This document shows, piece after piece, positions 41,855 to 52,458 of a DNA stretch of 64,000 bases (position 1 is its first letter; the number at the start of each line of letters is the position of its first letter). Position numbers and translations under genes: made by a program. The DNA is from a virus (Duplodnaviria; Caudoviricetes). Location: positions 64,001 through 128,000 of the IMG/VR virus record IMGVR_UViG_2531839014_000003, one strand, 5' to 3'. The notes beneath the pieces were generated by a model, which was not told the DNA's origin, did no database searches, and was given only the letters and a program-made list of their open reading frames with translations.

Positions 41855-44617
41855 ATGGAGGCGATAGTAATAAGTGAATACGGTATTAAGATAAAAAATA
41901 TTAGTGCTGGCATGATATACGATGTCAATTTGGGTATACGAGATTATTTTTCATATACCGATGCCATGCTAAATAATAGTTTGTTTAGTTTTTTTCTACA
42001 GAAAAACGGTATGAATGTATATAAAGGAGAAAGCACGAGAGATATAATTTGTTTAGATTATGATTTCGGAAGTCGTTCCTACGAGGAAGAACGAAAACGC
42101 CTGGAAAAACTATTTAACGAGTCCGATGAGTCTTCAAGAAAACGAATCTCAGATACATTGAAAAAAGTAGATTCCAGAAAAGAACTCTATACTCCAAAGA
42201 AAAGAGATGAAATCCGAGAATTTTTTTATGAAAATGGTGTGGATGTTACTTATAGAAAAAAGAACAAGGATGGCTCTATAAAAGAGGAAAAAATTATACA
42301 TTATGAAATGCTGTTTAGAACAAGTGCAAAAGCAAAGTTAGGACAAGTAATCTTCATCAATAGTAAATTATATGATAAAGCATATGACTGGTTAACTATT
42401 GGACTTGGGAACAAAATGCAATACGATAATGCAAGAATCGTAGAAATGTCGGCCTACGCCCCACTTACCACATCTACTATTGTTGGTACATTATACGTTC
42501 CTGTCGAGAATATATTAATTTTAAAGGACCAAGAGTCCTTTTTCAAAACAAAAAGTAAGGTTGTAAAAGCTGAAGAATATGAAGATTCACATGGGCAAAA
42601 GCAAAAAAAATGCATTGTTGTAGATGAAGAACGAGAAGTTAAAAATACAATATGGGATGGGATGATGCTAATCGAGTCATCAATACTTCCAGATTGTATT
42701 AATGGCATGGCTCTACTACGTAATCATTTATTTAAAGCATGTGGTTTTAGAAGTCACATTCAAAAATTCTTTGCAGATTGGTGTAATAAGAGTGGATATG
42801 ATTATCAAACCTATCAAATTCAGGATATGTTTGGTAAATGGCATTATTTGAAGGATATCAAGATGATTACTACGGATAATGCTATTAAGTGGAAAAAGTT
42901 TGCTAATTTAATGGGTAATACGTTATCAGAAGCCTATGAATATTGGTGCGACAGAATTCATGCCGATGGTGATATATGGGGTATTGTCAAGACGGACCAT
43001 CCTAGCAAACTAGGAAATTATCAACAATTGAGCTATCAGATGATCAATACTCTTCCGTGTACAAAAGATGACATTAAAGAAATTGCTCAGATAAGTATTA
43101 ACTATGTGGAACTGTTAAAAAAAGATAATGATGAATTTGAGAAATTTCTTAGAAAATACGCCAATGAAGTAAATCATTATGAGATGCTTGCAGATTTATA
43201 TAAGCATAACCAAGATTTTGGTAACAGCTCATTTTTCAGAGAAGAAAAAAAGAAAATTATATTTGATTATGTATACAGGCTAAGAAAAGGCAAGATACTA
43301 GTAAATGGAGATAATCTAACAGTATGTGGAAATCCGTATGCTCTCCTACTTTATTCTGTCGGAGAAGATTATAAGACAGACCCAACCTTGAAACAAGAAA
43401 ATGGAACAATCCAATGCTATACAACCAGATTTAAAAATGATGAATTTCTAGCCGCTTTTCGAAATCCACATAATAGTCCGAATAATATCTGCTATCTTCA
43501 CAATGTTCACTCTGACATAATGGAAAAATACTTCCCTTTTAGCGACAATATAATCGCCGTAAATTGTCTTCTTACTGATATTCAAGATAGAGCCAACGGA
43601 ATGGATGAAGACAGTGATTTTATGCTTGTGACAAATCAGGCAACTATGGTACGTTGTGCCAAAAGATGTTATCAAGAGTATCCTACTATTGTCAACGCAT
43701 TAAAAGAATCTGGAATTACATATCAGAATACCAAAAAGGATTATGCTATTATGGATAATAAATTCTCTAAATCTCGTATGGATATTGGGTATTCTAGTAA
43801 CCTGGCTCAGCTCGCAATGACTTATTATTGGACTGAGATGCAAAAAGAAACTCCTGATAAAAAAAGGCTGAATGAATTGTATGATAATTTTGTAATACTG
43901 TCTGTATTGGCCCAAGTCGTAATTGATGGCTGTAAACGAGAGTATGAAATTGTTGGAAACAAAGAAATTGACCGTATTAGTAAAATGCCGTGTATGACTA
44001 TCAAAAAGCCTTGTGGTTTTACAAAGACAGGTAAAATCAAATATACCAAGTGTGATTTCCCAGAGTTTATGAAATATACAAGGGAAATCAAGTATACTAA
44101 AGATGGTAAAGAATTACCCCAAGAGGAGATTGATGTAACCAAAGAAAAGCTCAAAGGAAGAATCAATACAACGCTCTCATGCCCTATGAATTGGTTAGAG
44201 TATTGGTTAGATAAAATTCAAAATGCGCCAACAACAAAAACAACTCCTACTTCAGAATTTTTTATTAAAATGCAAGGAAAAGCACATCATCGACAAATGA
44301 CTAAAATCAAAGAATTAATAATAGAGTATGATTCAAAGGTTAAATCGCTCCAATATAAAAGCATATCTGAGGATGATTACATTTCTGAACTATATCAACA
44401 TAATGATTATCTAATTGAATCTCTAAAAAAAATAAAAGTAGGGAATATTGTTACCATCAATCGGTTAATAGAAACAGCACTTGGTTTGGAAACTAATAAA
44501 AACAAAAAATACTCACAAAATGCTGATACGAAATACACAAGAAAGATACTTAATTACTTATATAAAATGAATAGAGATAAGTTTCTTGTAAATTTTGAAC
44601 AAAAACGGCAGAGTTAA
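41855..44617 (+). CDS. yonO: YonO-like single-subunit (two-barrel) phage RNA polymerase
   Basis: 920 aa; FRNPH and GMDEDSD (DxDxD) motifs; WDG; sits upstream of late genes as in SPbeta. Confidence 0.85.
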   Translation: MEAIVISEYGIKIKNISAGMIYDVNLGIRDYFSYTDAMLNNSLFSFFLQKNGMNVYKGESTRDIICLDYDFGSRSYEEERKRLEKLFNESDESSRKRISDTLKKVDSRKELYTPKKRDEIREFFYENGVDVTYRKKNKDGSIKEEKIIHYEMLFRTSAKAKLGQVIFINSKLYDKAYDWLTIGLGNKMQYDNARIVEMSAYAPLTTSTIVGTLYVPVENILILKDQESFFKTKSKVVKAEEYEDSHGQKQKKCIVVDEEREVKNTIWDGMMLIESSILPDCINGMALLRNHLFKACGFRSHIQKFFADWCNKSGYDYQTYQIQDMFGKWHYLKDIKMITTDNAIKWKKFANLMGNTLSEAYEYWCDRIHADGDIWGIVKTDHPSKLGNYQQLSYQMINTLPCTKDDIKEIAQISINYVELLKKDNDEFEKFLRKYANEVNHYEMLADLYKHNQDFGNSSFFREEKKKIIFDYVYRLRKGKILVNGDNLTVCGNPYALLLYSVGEDYKTDPTLKQENGTIQCYTTRFKNDEFLAAFRNPHNSPNNICYLHNVHSDIMEKYFPFSDNIIAVNCLLTDIQDRANGMDEDSDFMLVTNQATMVRCAKRCYQEYPTIVNALKESGITYQNTKKDYAIMDNKFSKSRMDIGYSSNLAQLAMTYYWTEMQKETPDKKRLNELYDNFVILSVLAQVVIDGCKREYEIVGNKEIDRISKMPCMTIKKPCGFTKTGKIKYTKCDFPEFMKYTREIKYTKDGKELPQEEIDVTKEKLKGRINTTLSCPMNWLEYWLDKIQNAPTTKTTPTSEFFIKMQGKAHHRQMTKIKELIIEYDSKVKSLQYKSISEDDYISELYQHNDYLIESLKKIKVGNIVTINRLIETALGLETNKNKKYSQNADTKYTRKILNYLYKMNRDKFLVNFEQKRQS

Positions 44618-44958
44618 ATTGTAAAAAGTGCTTGTTTTTAAGGCTTTTTTGAGCCAAAAATGCGTCCGTTATATGGAGAGCAAAAGAAAATACAGTGTTG
44701 TATGAGTAAACTCCACCGCTATTGCCCGAAGCGGTTATAAATATGGGAGACAGTCTTAAAATGTATACTAGGGGCGGACGTATCATTATTCGCCCCAAAT
44801 ACAATTAATTTAGAACTATCGTGACGACCAGACATCAATAAATTAATCATTGGTAGCGGTGCTGTTATAACAACGGTATCGCTATTAGTGTTGCATAAAA
44901 CAAATCAATCAAAATTTAATAAGGTTACTATTAGGGGAACCGTTACTAATTAATTTAT

Positions 44959-45033
44959 TGCGGGTTGGACAAGTCAGATTAAGTCGCTGGACTCATTCTC
45001 CAGAGAACGCCAGGGCAGAGCTGGCACCTGCTA
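44959..45033 (+). tRNA. Degenerate tRNA-Met(CAT)-like element
   Basis: GCGGGT/ACCTGC acceptor, GAC/GTC D stem, CTGGA-CTCATTC-TCCAG anticodon arm, GCCAG/CTGGC T stem with non-canonical loop GGCAGAG. Confidence 0.55.
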
Positions 45034-45078
45034 CTCTCCCATTATGGGAAATATAGAACGGAAAGAAGTGAACCAACT

Positions 45079-45252
45079 ATTTTTCAAATCACAAGAAATG
45101 AAGCAGATATGTTAAGAGACAAAGGATATGATGAGTTTATAAAGATTTCATCTAAAACTCACAAATCCAGATGTAAACGTTATTGGCTTGTTGAAGATCG
45201 TCGTGTATTACAATGTTTGTATAGATACAGAAAAGATACAATCGTCCAGTGA
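45079..45252 (+). CDS. Small hypothetical protein, ATT start
   Basis: 57-aa frame after a GAAAGAAGTGA SD-like sequence; not in ORF track. Confidence 0.5.
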   Translation: MFQITRNEADMLRDKGYDEFIKISSKTHKSRCKRYWLVEDRRVLQCLYRYRKDTIVQ

Positions 45253-45269
45253 CGAAATAAACATGGAAG

Positions 45270-46718
45270 GTGGTCAGGGCCATCGGAAAATCAAAACTAA
45301 AATCTGATGGGATTATGTTTGTTGGAAACAATGCCGAAGATGTTACTGGCAGCATGATACTCATAAAATTTGCAAATAAGCAGATTCTACTTGAAGCTGG
45401 GTTATACCAGAAGAATGATTACCTTGAATCTTATAAGGCAAATACAGAGAAATTCAAATTCAAACCTGAAGAAATTGACTATATCTTTATTGGTCATTGT
45501 CACATCGACCACATAGGTTTGATACCTCGTCTTGTAAAAGAAGGTTTTTCTGGAAAAATCATAATGACATATCCCACATCAATTATCTCAAAACACCTAT
45601 TGTTAAATTGTTCCTTCATTCTGTCCGACGAAGCTAGGGTGTTATCCAAACGTTATAGTAGAGATTACGCACCAATATACAGTGAGGATGATGTCTATAA
45701 TACATTCAAACTTTATACGGTATATAATCAGTACGATACTTTGTTCCAATTGGATGATATAGTAAGCTTTCAGTGGTTAAAAAACTCTCATTGCGTTGGG
45801 GCAGCACAATTGCAACTTATATTAAATGATGGAGTTAAAAAGAAGAAAGTACTGTATACTTCTGATATCGGCGCACTGGAAACAAAAAACCATTATGTCG
45901 AGAATACGGAAATTCCAACTTATTTTAATGACGTAATAATTATGGAATCCACGTACGGTCTGAATACAAGAATTTCAAAAAAGACTCGTGAATTTGACAT
46001 AGAACATTTAAGAATAGCTATAGATACCGTGTTAGAACGACATGGCACACTCGTGCTGCCAGCATTTAGTTTCAGCCGTTCTCAAGAACTGTTAACCACA
46101 TTATTTCTTCTGTTTGGTGATGATGAGAATTTTACAACACCAATTATCGTGGATTCAATGCTTACCTGTGATATATGCGATGATTATGGACAGGTATTAC
46201 AGAATGATAATTTAGATTTATGGAATAAAGTTTACAATTGGAAAAATGTTAAATATATAAGAGAAAAATCAGATTCACAATCATGTGTATTGGATACGAC
46301 TCCAAAAATCTGTATCTCATCTTCTGGTTTCTGTACGAACGGCAGAGTCCTCTCCTACTTAGATAGATATTTGCGTGATACCAATTCTATGATTTGCTTT
46401 TCCGGTTATGTCGGTGATGATGAATCATATCTTAGTTACAGAATCAAGAATGGAAAATCCCACAAAACAATCAATATAAATAAAAAGCCTGTACCGAATA
46501 GAGCTGATTGTATTACAATGCAGTCGTTTTCATCACATGCTAATTTTAATGATCTGTTAAGATATGGAAGTAATTTGCGGACAAATCAGTTAGTTCTGGT
46601 CCATGGTTCTATTGAGTCTAAGAATTGTCTAAAAAAACATTTGAAAGATGAAATATCAAGAAATGACAAAACATATAAGGTGACATGTTCAGAACGGGAT
46701 ATGATTATTCCATTATGA
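45270..46718 (+). CDS. MBL-fold beta-CASP nuclease
   Basis: VTGS, HCHIDH, SHCVGA, SDIG, MESTYG, FSSHA, LVHG motifs. Confidence 0.92.
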   Translation: MVRAIGKSKLKSDGIMFVGNNAEDVTGSMILIKFANKQILLEAGLYQKNDYLESYKANTEKFKFKPEEIDYIFIGHCHIDHIGLIPRLVKEGFSGKIIMTYPTSIISKHLLLNCSFILSDEARVLSKRYSRDYAPIYSEDDVYNTFKLYTVYNQYDTLFQLDDIVSFQWLKNSHCVGAAQLQLILNDGVKKKKVLYTSDIGALETKNHYVENTEIPTYFNDVIIMESTYGLNTRISKKTREFDIEHLRIAIDTVLERHGTLVLPAFSFSRSQELLTTLFLLFGDDENFTTPIIVDSMLTCDICDDYGQVLQNDNLDLWNKVYNWKNVKYIREKSDSQSCVLDTTPKICISSSGFCTNGRVLSYLDRYLRDTNSMICFSGYVGDDESYLSYRIKNGKSHKTININKKPVPNRADCITMQSFSSHANFNDLLRYGSNLRTNQLVLVHGSIESKNCLKKHLKDEISRNDKTYKVTCSERDMIIPL

Positions 46719-46746
46719 TGTGCAGTAAAGAAAGAAGGGTTGAACT

Positions 46747-47340
46747 ATCGAAATAACTGTAGATGATATTATAAATGCATTAACCCCAAAAGGATTACCA
46801 GATCCAATTATATATCAATACTATAAAAATCTTGAAAAGAGAAAAATTATTATCAATGAACAGATTAGTGATAATTTACTTGAAACAGCTACTCTTCCAT
46901 TTGTCGAAATGGATAACGATGGAACAGGTAAGCCCATAGAGATAATAATTTCAACTGTTGGCGGAGAAATATATTCCGGATTTAATTTTGTTGATCAAAT
47001 TGAAAAAGCAAAATCTCCTGTGACAATACACATTATGTCCATGGCCGCATCTATGGGATTTCTGATTGCTATGGCTGGTAAAAATAATCCAAATGTGGAA
47101 ACGATATGTCATCCTTTTAGCGTTGGACTTTTACATAGTGGTTCTCAATATATGGAGGGTTCTGCTCATGCTGTAAAGGATACATTTGATTTTAGCCAGC
47201 ATTACGAAGAAAAAATCAAGGATTACATTCTTTCCCATAGCAAAATTGATGCTGATTTATATGAAAAGGTCGAACGTAAAGAATACTGGATGGATGCAGA
47301 TGAAATGAAGCGTCTTGGAATAGTAGACGAAATTATATAG
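46747..47340 (+). CDS. ClpP-like serine protease (likely start ATC at 46747)
   Basis: ISTVGG, AASMG, LLH, EYWMDADEMKRLGIVD; frame open 54 codons upstream of ATG 46909 and encodes a ClpP-like N-terminus (YYKNLEKRKIII). Confidence 0.85.
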   Translation: MEITVDDIINALTPKGLPDPIIYQYYKNLEKRKIIINEQISDNLLETATLPFVEMDNDGTGKPIEIIISTVGGEIYSGFNFVDQIEKAKSPVTIHIMSMAASMGFLIAMAGKNNPNVETICHPFSVGLLHSGSQYMEGSAHAVKDTFDFSQHYEEKIKDYILSHSKIDADLYEKVERKEYWMDADEMKRLGIVDEII

Positions 47341-47347
47341 TGAAAGG

Positions 47348-47587
47348 ATGATTTATTATATGGCAAAAAGTAAGTTACAGTTTAAGAGGAATATTACTGA
47401 TAAACTAAGTGTAAAAGGAGTCCTCTCTGAAGATGGAACCACTATTACTTATACTGACGAAAATGATATTGAACAGGATGTAAAAGTATCTGATTTACTG
47501 AATGTTTTCAAAAATCAGCCTATTGAATTTGGAGTACAGTTAAAGAGCGACGAAGATCTTGATGTGGTTCCTGTTGATGAAATGTAA
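47348..47587 (+). CDS. Small acidic phage protein (YonK-like position)
   Basis: ORF with SD; gene order as in SPbeta-like phages. Confidence 0.6.
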   Translation: MIYYMAKSKLQFKRNITDKLSVKGVLSEDGTTITYTDENDIEQDVKVSDLLNVFKNQPIEFGVQLKSDEDLDVVPVDEM

Positions 47588-47593
47588 AAGGCG

Positions 47594-48784
47594 GTGAGTG
47601 CAATATTACATAATTATAGTCGCCTTGAAAATGAAAGTGACGATGAGTTAATTTATCGAGTATGTTCCGAAAAGGAACTTATAGGCTCATGGTACGATGT
47701 GGCAGATATTTTAAATGAGTTGACAAATAGCGATTATAGAGAAAGTACATATCGGAAGAAATTCCAGTCATTTCAAAAACTTCTTAAAGCAAATCAATCT
47801 AAATTTGCAAATACAGACTCCCAGAACAAAGAAATCGAATTACTGAAACGAGAATTTGAACGTGAAAAAATTAAATTTCGTGATGAAAGACGTTCGTGGA
47901 ATAAGCAAAATTATGAAAATGCTAGATTTGACGAAGTAATGGATCTTATTAAAGAACGCCTTGATAATTTTTCTCGTGTAGAGTTTACTCCCCATGTGGT
48001 TCCGATTGTATCTGGTTCTGACGCAATGATCATTTGTTTGTCCGATTTACATCTTGGACAGTGTTTCTCGTCTGCCTTTGGAGAATATGATTCTGAAATC
48101 GCAAAATCTCGTTTAGAAAAATATTTGAGCGAAATTATTGAAATTAATAAAACTAATAATGTAGGGAAAGCGTATGTTGTAATGCTTGGAGATGATATTT
48201 CTGGTAATCTTCACAAAACAATTGAAGTGAGCAATAAAGAAAATGTAATTGATCAACTTAAAATCAGCATTGAATATATAAGTTCATTCTGTTACGAATT
48301 AACTAAGCATTTTTCAGATGTTTATCTATCTTCCGCTAGTGGAAACCATTCTCGTCTGCAAGCTAAAGATTTGGCGCAACACAGTGAACGCCTGGATGCA
48401 TTTATTGCATGGGATGTGTGCCGCACTTTGAAACGTCAAGATAATTTTCATTCGCTGTTGCATCGAAGTCTGGATGATGGCATTGCAGATGTTAATATAT
48501 GTGGAAAAACCTATCTTGCTGTACATGGTGATTTTGACTCTCCTACAAAGCAAGGTTATTTAAATCTCGCTGCTATGGTAGGATTCTTCCCTGATTATGT
48601 TTTATGCGGACATAAACATTTTTGTTTCTTCAGTCAGGAGAGTAAATTTATTCAGAGTGGAAGCTTGTCAGGCTCAGGAGATGATTACACTATCGAAAAA
48701 AGATTGAGCGGTGTTCCTTCTCAAATGGTGTGTATTTGTAATGATAAAGGAGTTAAGTCTATACATCCGGTAATATTAGATTAA
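47594..48784 (+). CDS. Calcineurin-like metallophosphoesterase
   Basis: SDLH, GD, GNH, HGD, GHKH motifs. Confidence 0.88.
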   Translation: MSAILHNYSRLENESDDELIYRVCSEKELIGSWYDVADILNELTNSDYRESTYRKKFQSFQKLLKANQSKFANTDSQNKEIELLKREFEREKIKFRDERRSWNKQNYENARFDEVMDLIKERLDNFSRVEFTPHVVPIVSGSDAMIICLSDLHLGQCFSSAFGEYDSEIAKSRLEKYLSEIIEINKTNNVGKAYVVMLGDDISGNLHKTIEVSNKENVIDQLKISIEYISSFCYELTKHFSDVYLSSASGNHSRLQAKDLAQHSERLDAFIAWDVCRTLKRQDNFHSLLHRSLDDGIADVNICGKTYLAVHGDFDSPTKQGYLNLAAMVGFFPDYVLCGHKHFCFFSQESKFIQSGSLSGSGDDYTIEKRLSGVPSQMVCICNDKGVKSIHPVILD

Positions 48785-48906
48785 TTTAGCAAGCCCTAAT
48801 TTGAAGGCAAAAGCATATAAGTATACCCCCTATTATAAGAGTATAACACAGATCATATTGGAGAGTAGTCATACTGCTCTCCTATTATATTGAGAAAGGA
48901 CAAAAT

Positions 48907-49074
48907 ATGGAATATAAATCAATATTTACTCCATATGTAGCAAGAAATCTTATTCATATGGGTAATCCAATATTTGATATTAAACCCGATAAAAAGAATA
49001 CTGATAAAACAATATTCATATTTAAAGAAACAGAAAAATTAAGGCAAGACATGGCTAGTGCAACTAAGCACTAG
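48907..49074 (+). CDS. Small phage protein (DUF5659-like)
   Basis: MEYKSIFTPYVARNLIHMGNPIFDIKPDKKNTDKTIFIFKETEKL; AAGGA SD; below the ORF track cutoff. Confidence 0.6.
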   Translation: MEYKSIFTPYVARNLIHMGNPIFDIKPDKKNTDKTIFIFKETEKLRQDMASATKH

Positions 49075-49104
49075 CTTTTTTAGTGCAAAAAGAAGGACGC
49101 AATA

Positions 49105-49869
49105 ATGAGTAAAGAAAGAATATGTGGAATCTATAAAATTGTAAATGAATTAAATAATAAGATGTATATAGGACAAAGTATTAATATATACGAAAGATGG
49201 AGACATCATAAAATCCAATTACGACATGATAAACATCATAATTCTCATTTACAGAATGCTTGGAATAAATACGGAGAACAAAACTTCCAATTCGTAATCA
49301 TAGAAGAATGCTCAGAGAGTGTTTTAGATGTAAGAGAAATATATTATATAACAAAATATAATACTTTTGTTCATTCTAAAAATGCCAAAGGATATAACCT
49401 ATCTATTGGTGGCGAAGGTATTGGTATATTTACTGATGAAATGAGACAAATATTCAGAGAGGCTCAAAGAGCAAATCCTATATATCAAATAGACTTAGAT
49501 GGGAATATAATTAATGTTTGGCATTATGGAGCAAGAGAGGCTTCAAAAAAATTAAACATTTCACAAGCATGTATATGGCATTGCATAAATCATGATAGAC
49601 GTACATATAAAAATTATATTTGGATATACGTAGATGAATATGAATATTTTAAAATATCAGATTATGTCAATCAAAATACACAAGCAAAATCAATCTTACA
49701 ATATGATATGTATGGAAATTTTATTAAGAAATGGGATAGTGCAAATCAAACACATACATATGGATTTGATCCTTCTGCCATTGTAAAAGTATGTAAACAA
49801 AAGTATTCAAGTCATCGTGGATATATTTGGTGTTATGAAGATGATGTCTATATCAAAACGGAAATATAA
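49105..49869 (+). CDS. GIY-YIG homing endonuclease with NUMOD1-like repeats
   Basis: GIYKI...YIGQS; two IxQxD..G.I..W repeats. Confidence 0.9.
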   Translation: MSKERICGIYKIVNELNNKMYIGQSINIYERWRHHKIQLRHDKHHNSHLQNAWNKYGEQNFQFVIIEECSESVLDVREIYYITKYNTFVHSKNAKGYNLSIGGEGIGIFTDEMRQIFREAQRANPIYQIDLDGNIINVWHYGAREASKKLNISQACIWHCINHDRRTYKNYIWIYVDEYEYFKISDYVNQNTQAKSILQYDMYGNFIKKWDSANQTHTYGFDPSAIVKVCKQKYSSHRGYIWCYEDDVYIKTEI

Positions 49870-49911
49870 AAACATTATTCAATTTTTAATATTCTGTATA
49901 AATCTGCATTT

Positions 49912-50127
49912 GCGGACTATGTAATTTTGGGACATTATCACTCTGGAAAAGAACTTACAAGCTGTGAAGGCTGTTGTAATGATGCAGAGATACTTGTTGC
50001 TCCATCATTCGTCGGAAGCGATTCTTATTCTGATTCATTGATGAAGGGAAGTAAACCTTCTGTCAAGATATATGGATTTCATGAACTTTATGGACATGAC
50101 GAAACACATAAGATTATTTTGAGTTAA
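49912..50127 (+). pseudogene. C-terminal remnant of a second metallophosphoesterase
   Basis: DYVILGHYH...SFVGSDSYS parallels DYVLCGHKH...SLSGSGDDY of 47594..48784. Confidence 0.65.
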
Positions 50128-50293
50128 AGCAAATTTTTATTTATCCAACTCGTGAAGGATAAGGCTGGGTTCCTGAATGGGAGTAGGTCGTAAGGCTTAG
50201 AAGTCCTTTGCCCCTGGTGTCGGATTCACATGCATGGAGAGCGCACTGCTCTCCTACTATAAAAATAGAAACTATAAGGAGATTTAATAATAC

Positions 50294-50575
50294 ATGAACA
50301 AAAATGAAGTTGTTGCAGCAATTGTTGAAAAAGTAGAAACATTAAAGGCAAAGGATGTTGAAGCGGTATTAGCTACTTATGCTGATGTTGTTATTGAAAA
50401 ACTTGAAAATAATAATGCTGAAAAGGTTGTTCTCCCTAGCCTAGGAAGTTTCAAAGTTAAGGATGTTCCAGAACGAAAGGGCGTATCAGCTCTCGGAGAT
50501 AAAAAGGAATGGGTAAAACCTGCACACAGAGAGATTATTTTTAAGATTGCCAAGAATGTAAAATGCCTAGACTAA
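50294..50575 (+). CDS. hup: HU-family DNA-binding protein
   Basis: MNKNEVV...LGSFKV...ERKG...PAHREIIFK. Confidence 0.9.
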   Translation: MNKNEVVAAIVEKVETLKAKDVEAVLATYADVVIEKLENNNAEKVVLPSLGSFKVKDVPERKGVSALGDKKEWVKPAHREIIFKIAKNVKCLD

Positions 50576-50789
50576 AATTAACTGGTGGTGATTTATTTGT
50601 ACGATGAAGTAGTTAAGACTATAAATCTAACCTCTGATGAGGTAGAAATATTGATTGATGCACTCTCCTATCGACTAGCCCAGTGTGTATCAGTTGGCGA
50701 AGATATTACAGTACGAGAATTGCTGGAGAAAATTCAGTAAATATAGGCACTGTGAGAGTCAAATCTCATGGTGCTTTTTGTGAAAGGAA

Positions 50790-51833
50790 GTGATGAAAAT
50801 ATCAAGATTTACAGTCTATAATAAAATTGTTACACCAGAAAAATTGACAAAGGTGAATCCAGAAAACATTCAATTGGGAGAAGATTTTTTAGAATACCTT
50901 CAATCAATTGATAGAAGCCCAGATACAATAAAAGGATATCGAAATGATCTTAAAATATTTTGGGTATGGTGTTTAGACTTCAATGGAAATAAATACTTTC
51001 CAGAATTAACTAAGCGTGAGGTTGCTAAATTTCAAAATTATGCTCTCAATACTTGGAATTGGGGTTCTAGTAGAATGAGACGTGTAAAGTCTTGCCTTTC
51101 TTCTCTTTCAAATTACATTCAAGACATTCTGGATGACGAAAAAGAATTCGAAAATTATAAACCCATTATTCGCAAAATTGAAAATCCAGCCAAAACTGCC
51201 CGTAGGGAGAAAACTGTATTAACTGATGAGCAAGTGGATGGGCTTTTAGAAACTCTTGTAGAGCGTAAGGAATATGAGTGCGCATGTGCTATTGCTATAG
51301 CTGCTTATTCCGGTATGCGTCACGGAGAATTGTTGCAGATGCGACCAGACTTTTTTAACGATAACCATTTTGTATATGATTCCATGTGGAAAACAGATAA
51401 AGTTCGTGCTAAAGGGCACGGCAAGGATGGTTTACAGCTTAATAAATTCGTCTTATATGGTGCAAAACCATATATTGATTTATGGATGAATGAACGTAAG
51501 GAGAAAGGTATTAACAGTGAATGGATGTTTGTAACAGTTACAGTAAATGGAACTAAACGTATATGGAAAAAGAGAAAAGACACAAGTTCCTGGGTAAAAC
51601 AATGCACAGAAATACTTGGTGTGGATTTCTACTTACACTCGTTGCGTCATTATACATGCACAAAGTTACATAGAATGAATCTACCTGCTCATGTTATTCA
51701 AGAGTTCTTCGGATGGGCAAGTTCTGAAATGCTTCAAATCTATAATGACCTTACTGCCGAAGATGAATTTGGAAAATATTTTACCAAAGATGGTGTCAAG
51801 GAAATTAAGCAAGGTTCATTGACTGATATCTAA
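50790..51833 (+). CDS. Tyrosine recombinase/integrase with SAM-like domain
   Basis: SGMRHGEL, HSLRH, FGW, IY catalytic residues. Confidence 0.92.
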   Translation: MMKISRFTVYNKIVTPEKLTKVNPENIQLGEDFLEYLQSIDRSPDTIKGYRNDLKIFWVWCLDFNGNKYFPELTKREVAKFQNYALNTWNWGSSRMRRVKSCLSSLSNYIQDILDDEKEFENYKPIIRKIENPAKTARREKTVLTDEQVDGLLETLVERKEYECACAIAIAAYSGMRHGELLQMRPDFFNDNHFVYDSMWKTDKVRAKGHGKDGLQLNKFVLYGAKPYIDLWMNERKEKGINSEWMFVTVTVNGTKRIWKKRKDTSSWVKQCTEILGVDFYLHSLRHYTCTKLHRMNLPAHVIQEFFGWASSEMLQIYNDLTAEDEFGKYFTKDGVKEIKQGSLTDI

Positions 51834-52089
51834 GATTACCCTTCCTATTTCCTCCCAACATATTCCCCCGTGAGTAATGGGCTTAAAATCACTCTCTCAC
51901 TCGTTAGATGTATTGGCGAGTTAAAATAAGACGCAATACATACCGGCCTTGGATTAAAGGCAATTTATAATCCCACCGACATCCCAAATCGTAGGCCGAC
52001 CACTGCCATAGTAAGTGTGGGGATGCCCGAGTCTCGCTGCGTTAGTGTGAACCGTTAATTAGGAGGGTTAACTACTCTCCTATTCTCCT

Positions 52090-52161
52090 GGGTCTGTCGC
52101 CTAATGGTATGGCACTCGACTTTTAATCGAGTTAATGCTGGTCCGAATCCAGTCAGACCCA
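52090..52161 (+). tRNA. tRNA-Lys(TTT)
   Basis: GGGTCTG/CAGACCC acceptor; CTCGA-CTTTTAA-TCGAG; T loop TCCGAAT (variant). Confidence 0.85.
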
Positions 52162-52203
52162 TTCATGGAACAATAGTTAAAAATTAGAAGGAGAGGTCGC
52201 ACA

Positions 52204-52443
52204 ATGGCTGGAATGCTATTAAGAATGAATGATAAACCCAATGTAAATATAATGGAATTTGTAGTAGACTCTGAATCAGAAATTCAATATCTGCCAACAA
52301 CAACTAATAAAGGAAGTGGCGTTTTCGAAAATAATCCTAGTTTTAATTTTACTGCTCCTATCGGAAGCTCCTGTATTGTAGGAAACGATGGTGGTGATTT
52401 ACTTGTATACATGTTATTCTCTTTTGGCTGGAAAAAAATATAA
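52204..52443 (+). CDS. Hypothetical phage protein
   Basis: Strong SD; EFVVDSESEIQYLPT...APIGS. Confidence 0.7.
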   Translation: MAGMLLRMNDKPNVNIMEFVVDSESEIQYLPTTTNKGSGVFENNPSFNFTAPIGSSCIVGNDGGDLLVYMLFSFGWKKI

Positions 52444-52458
52444 TGACAGGAGGAGAAT

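Noticed and set aside
48790..49930. Group I intron around the GIY-YIG gene
   Set aside because: Upstream gene is complete, a separate small ORF intervenes, and no P7-type core was recognised
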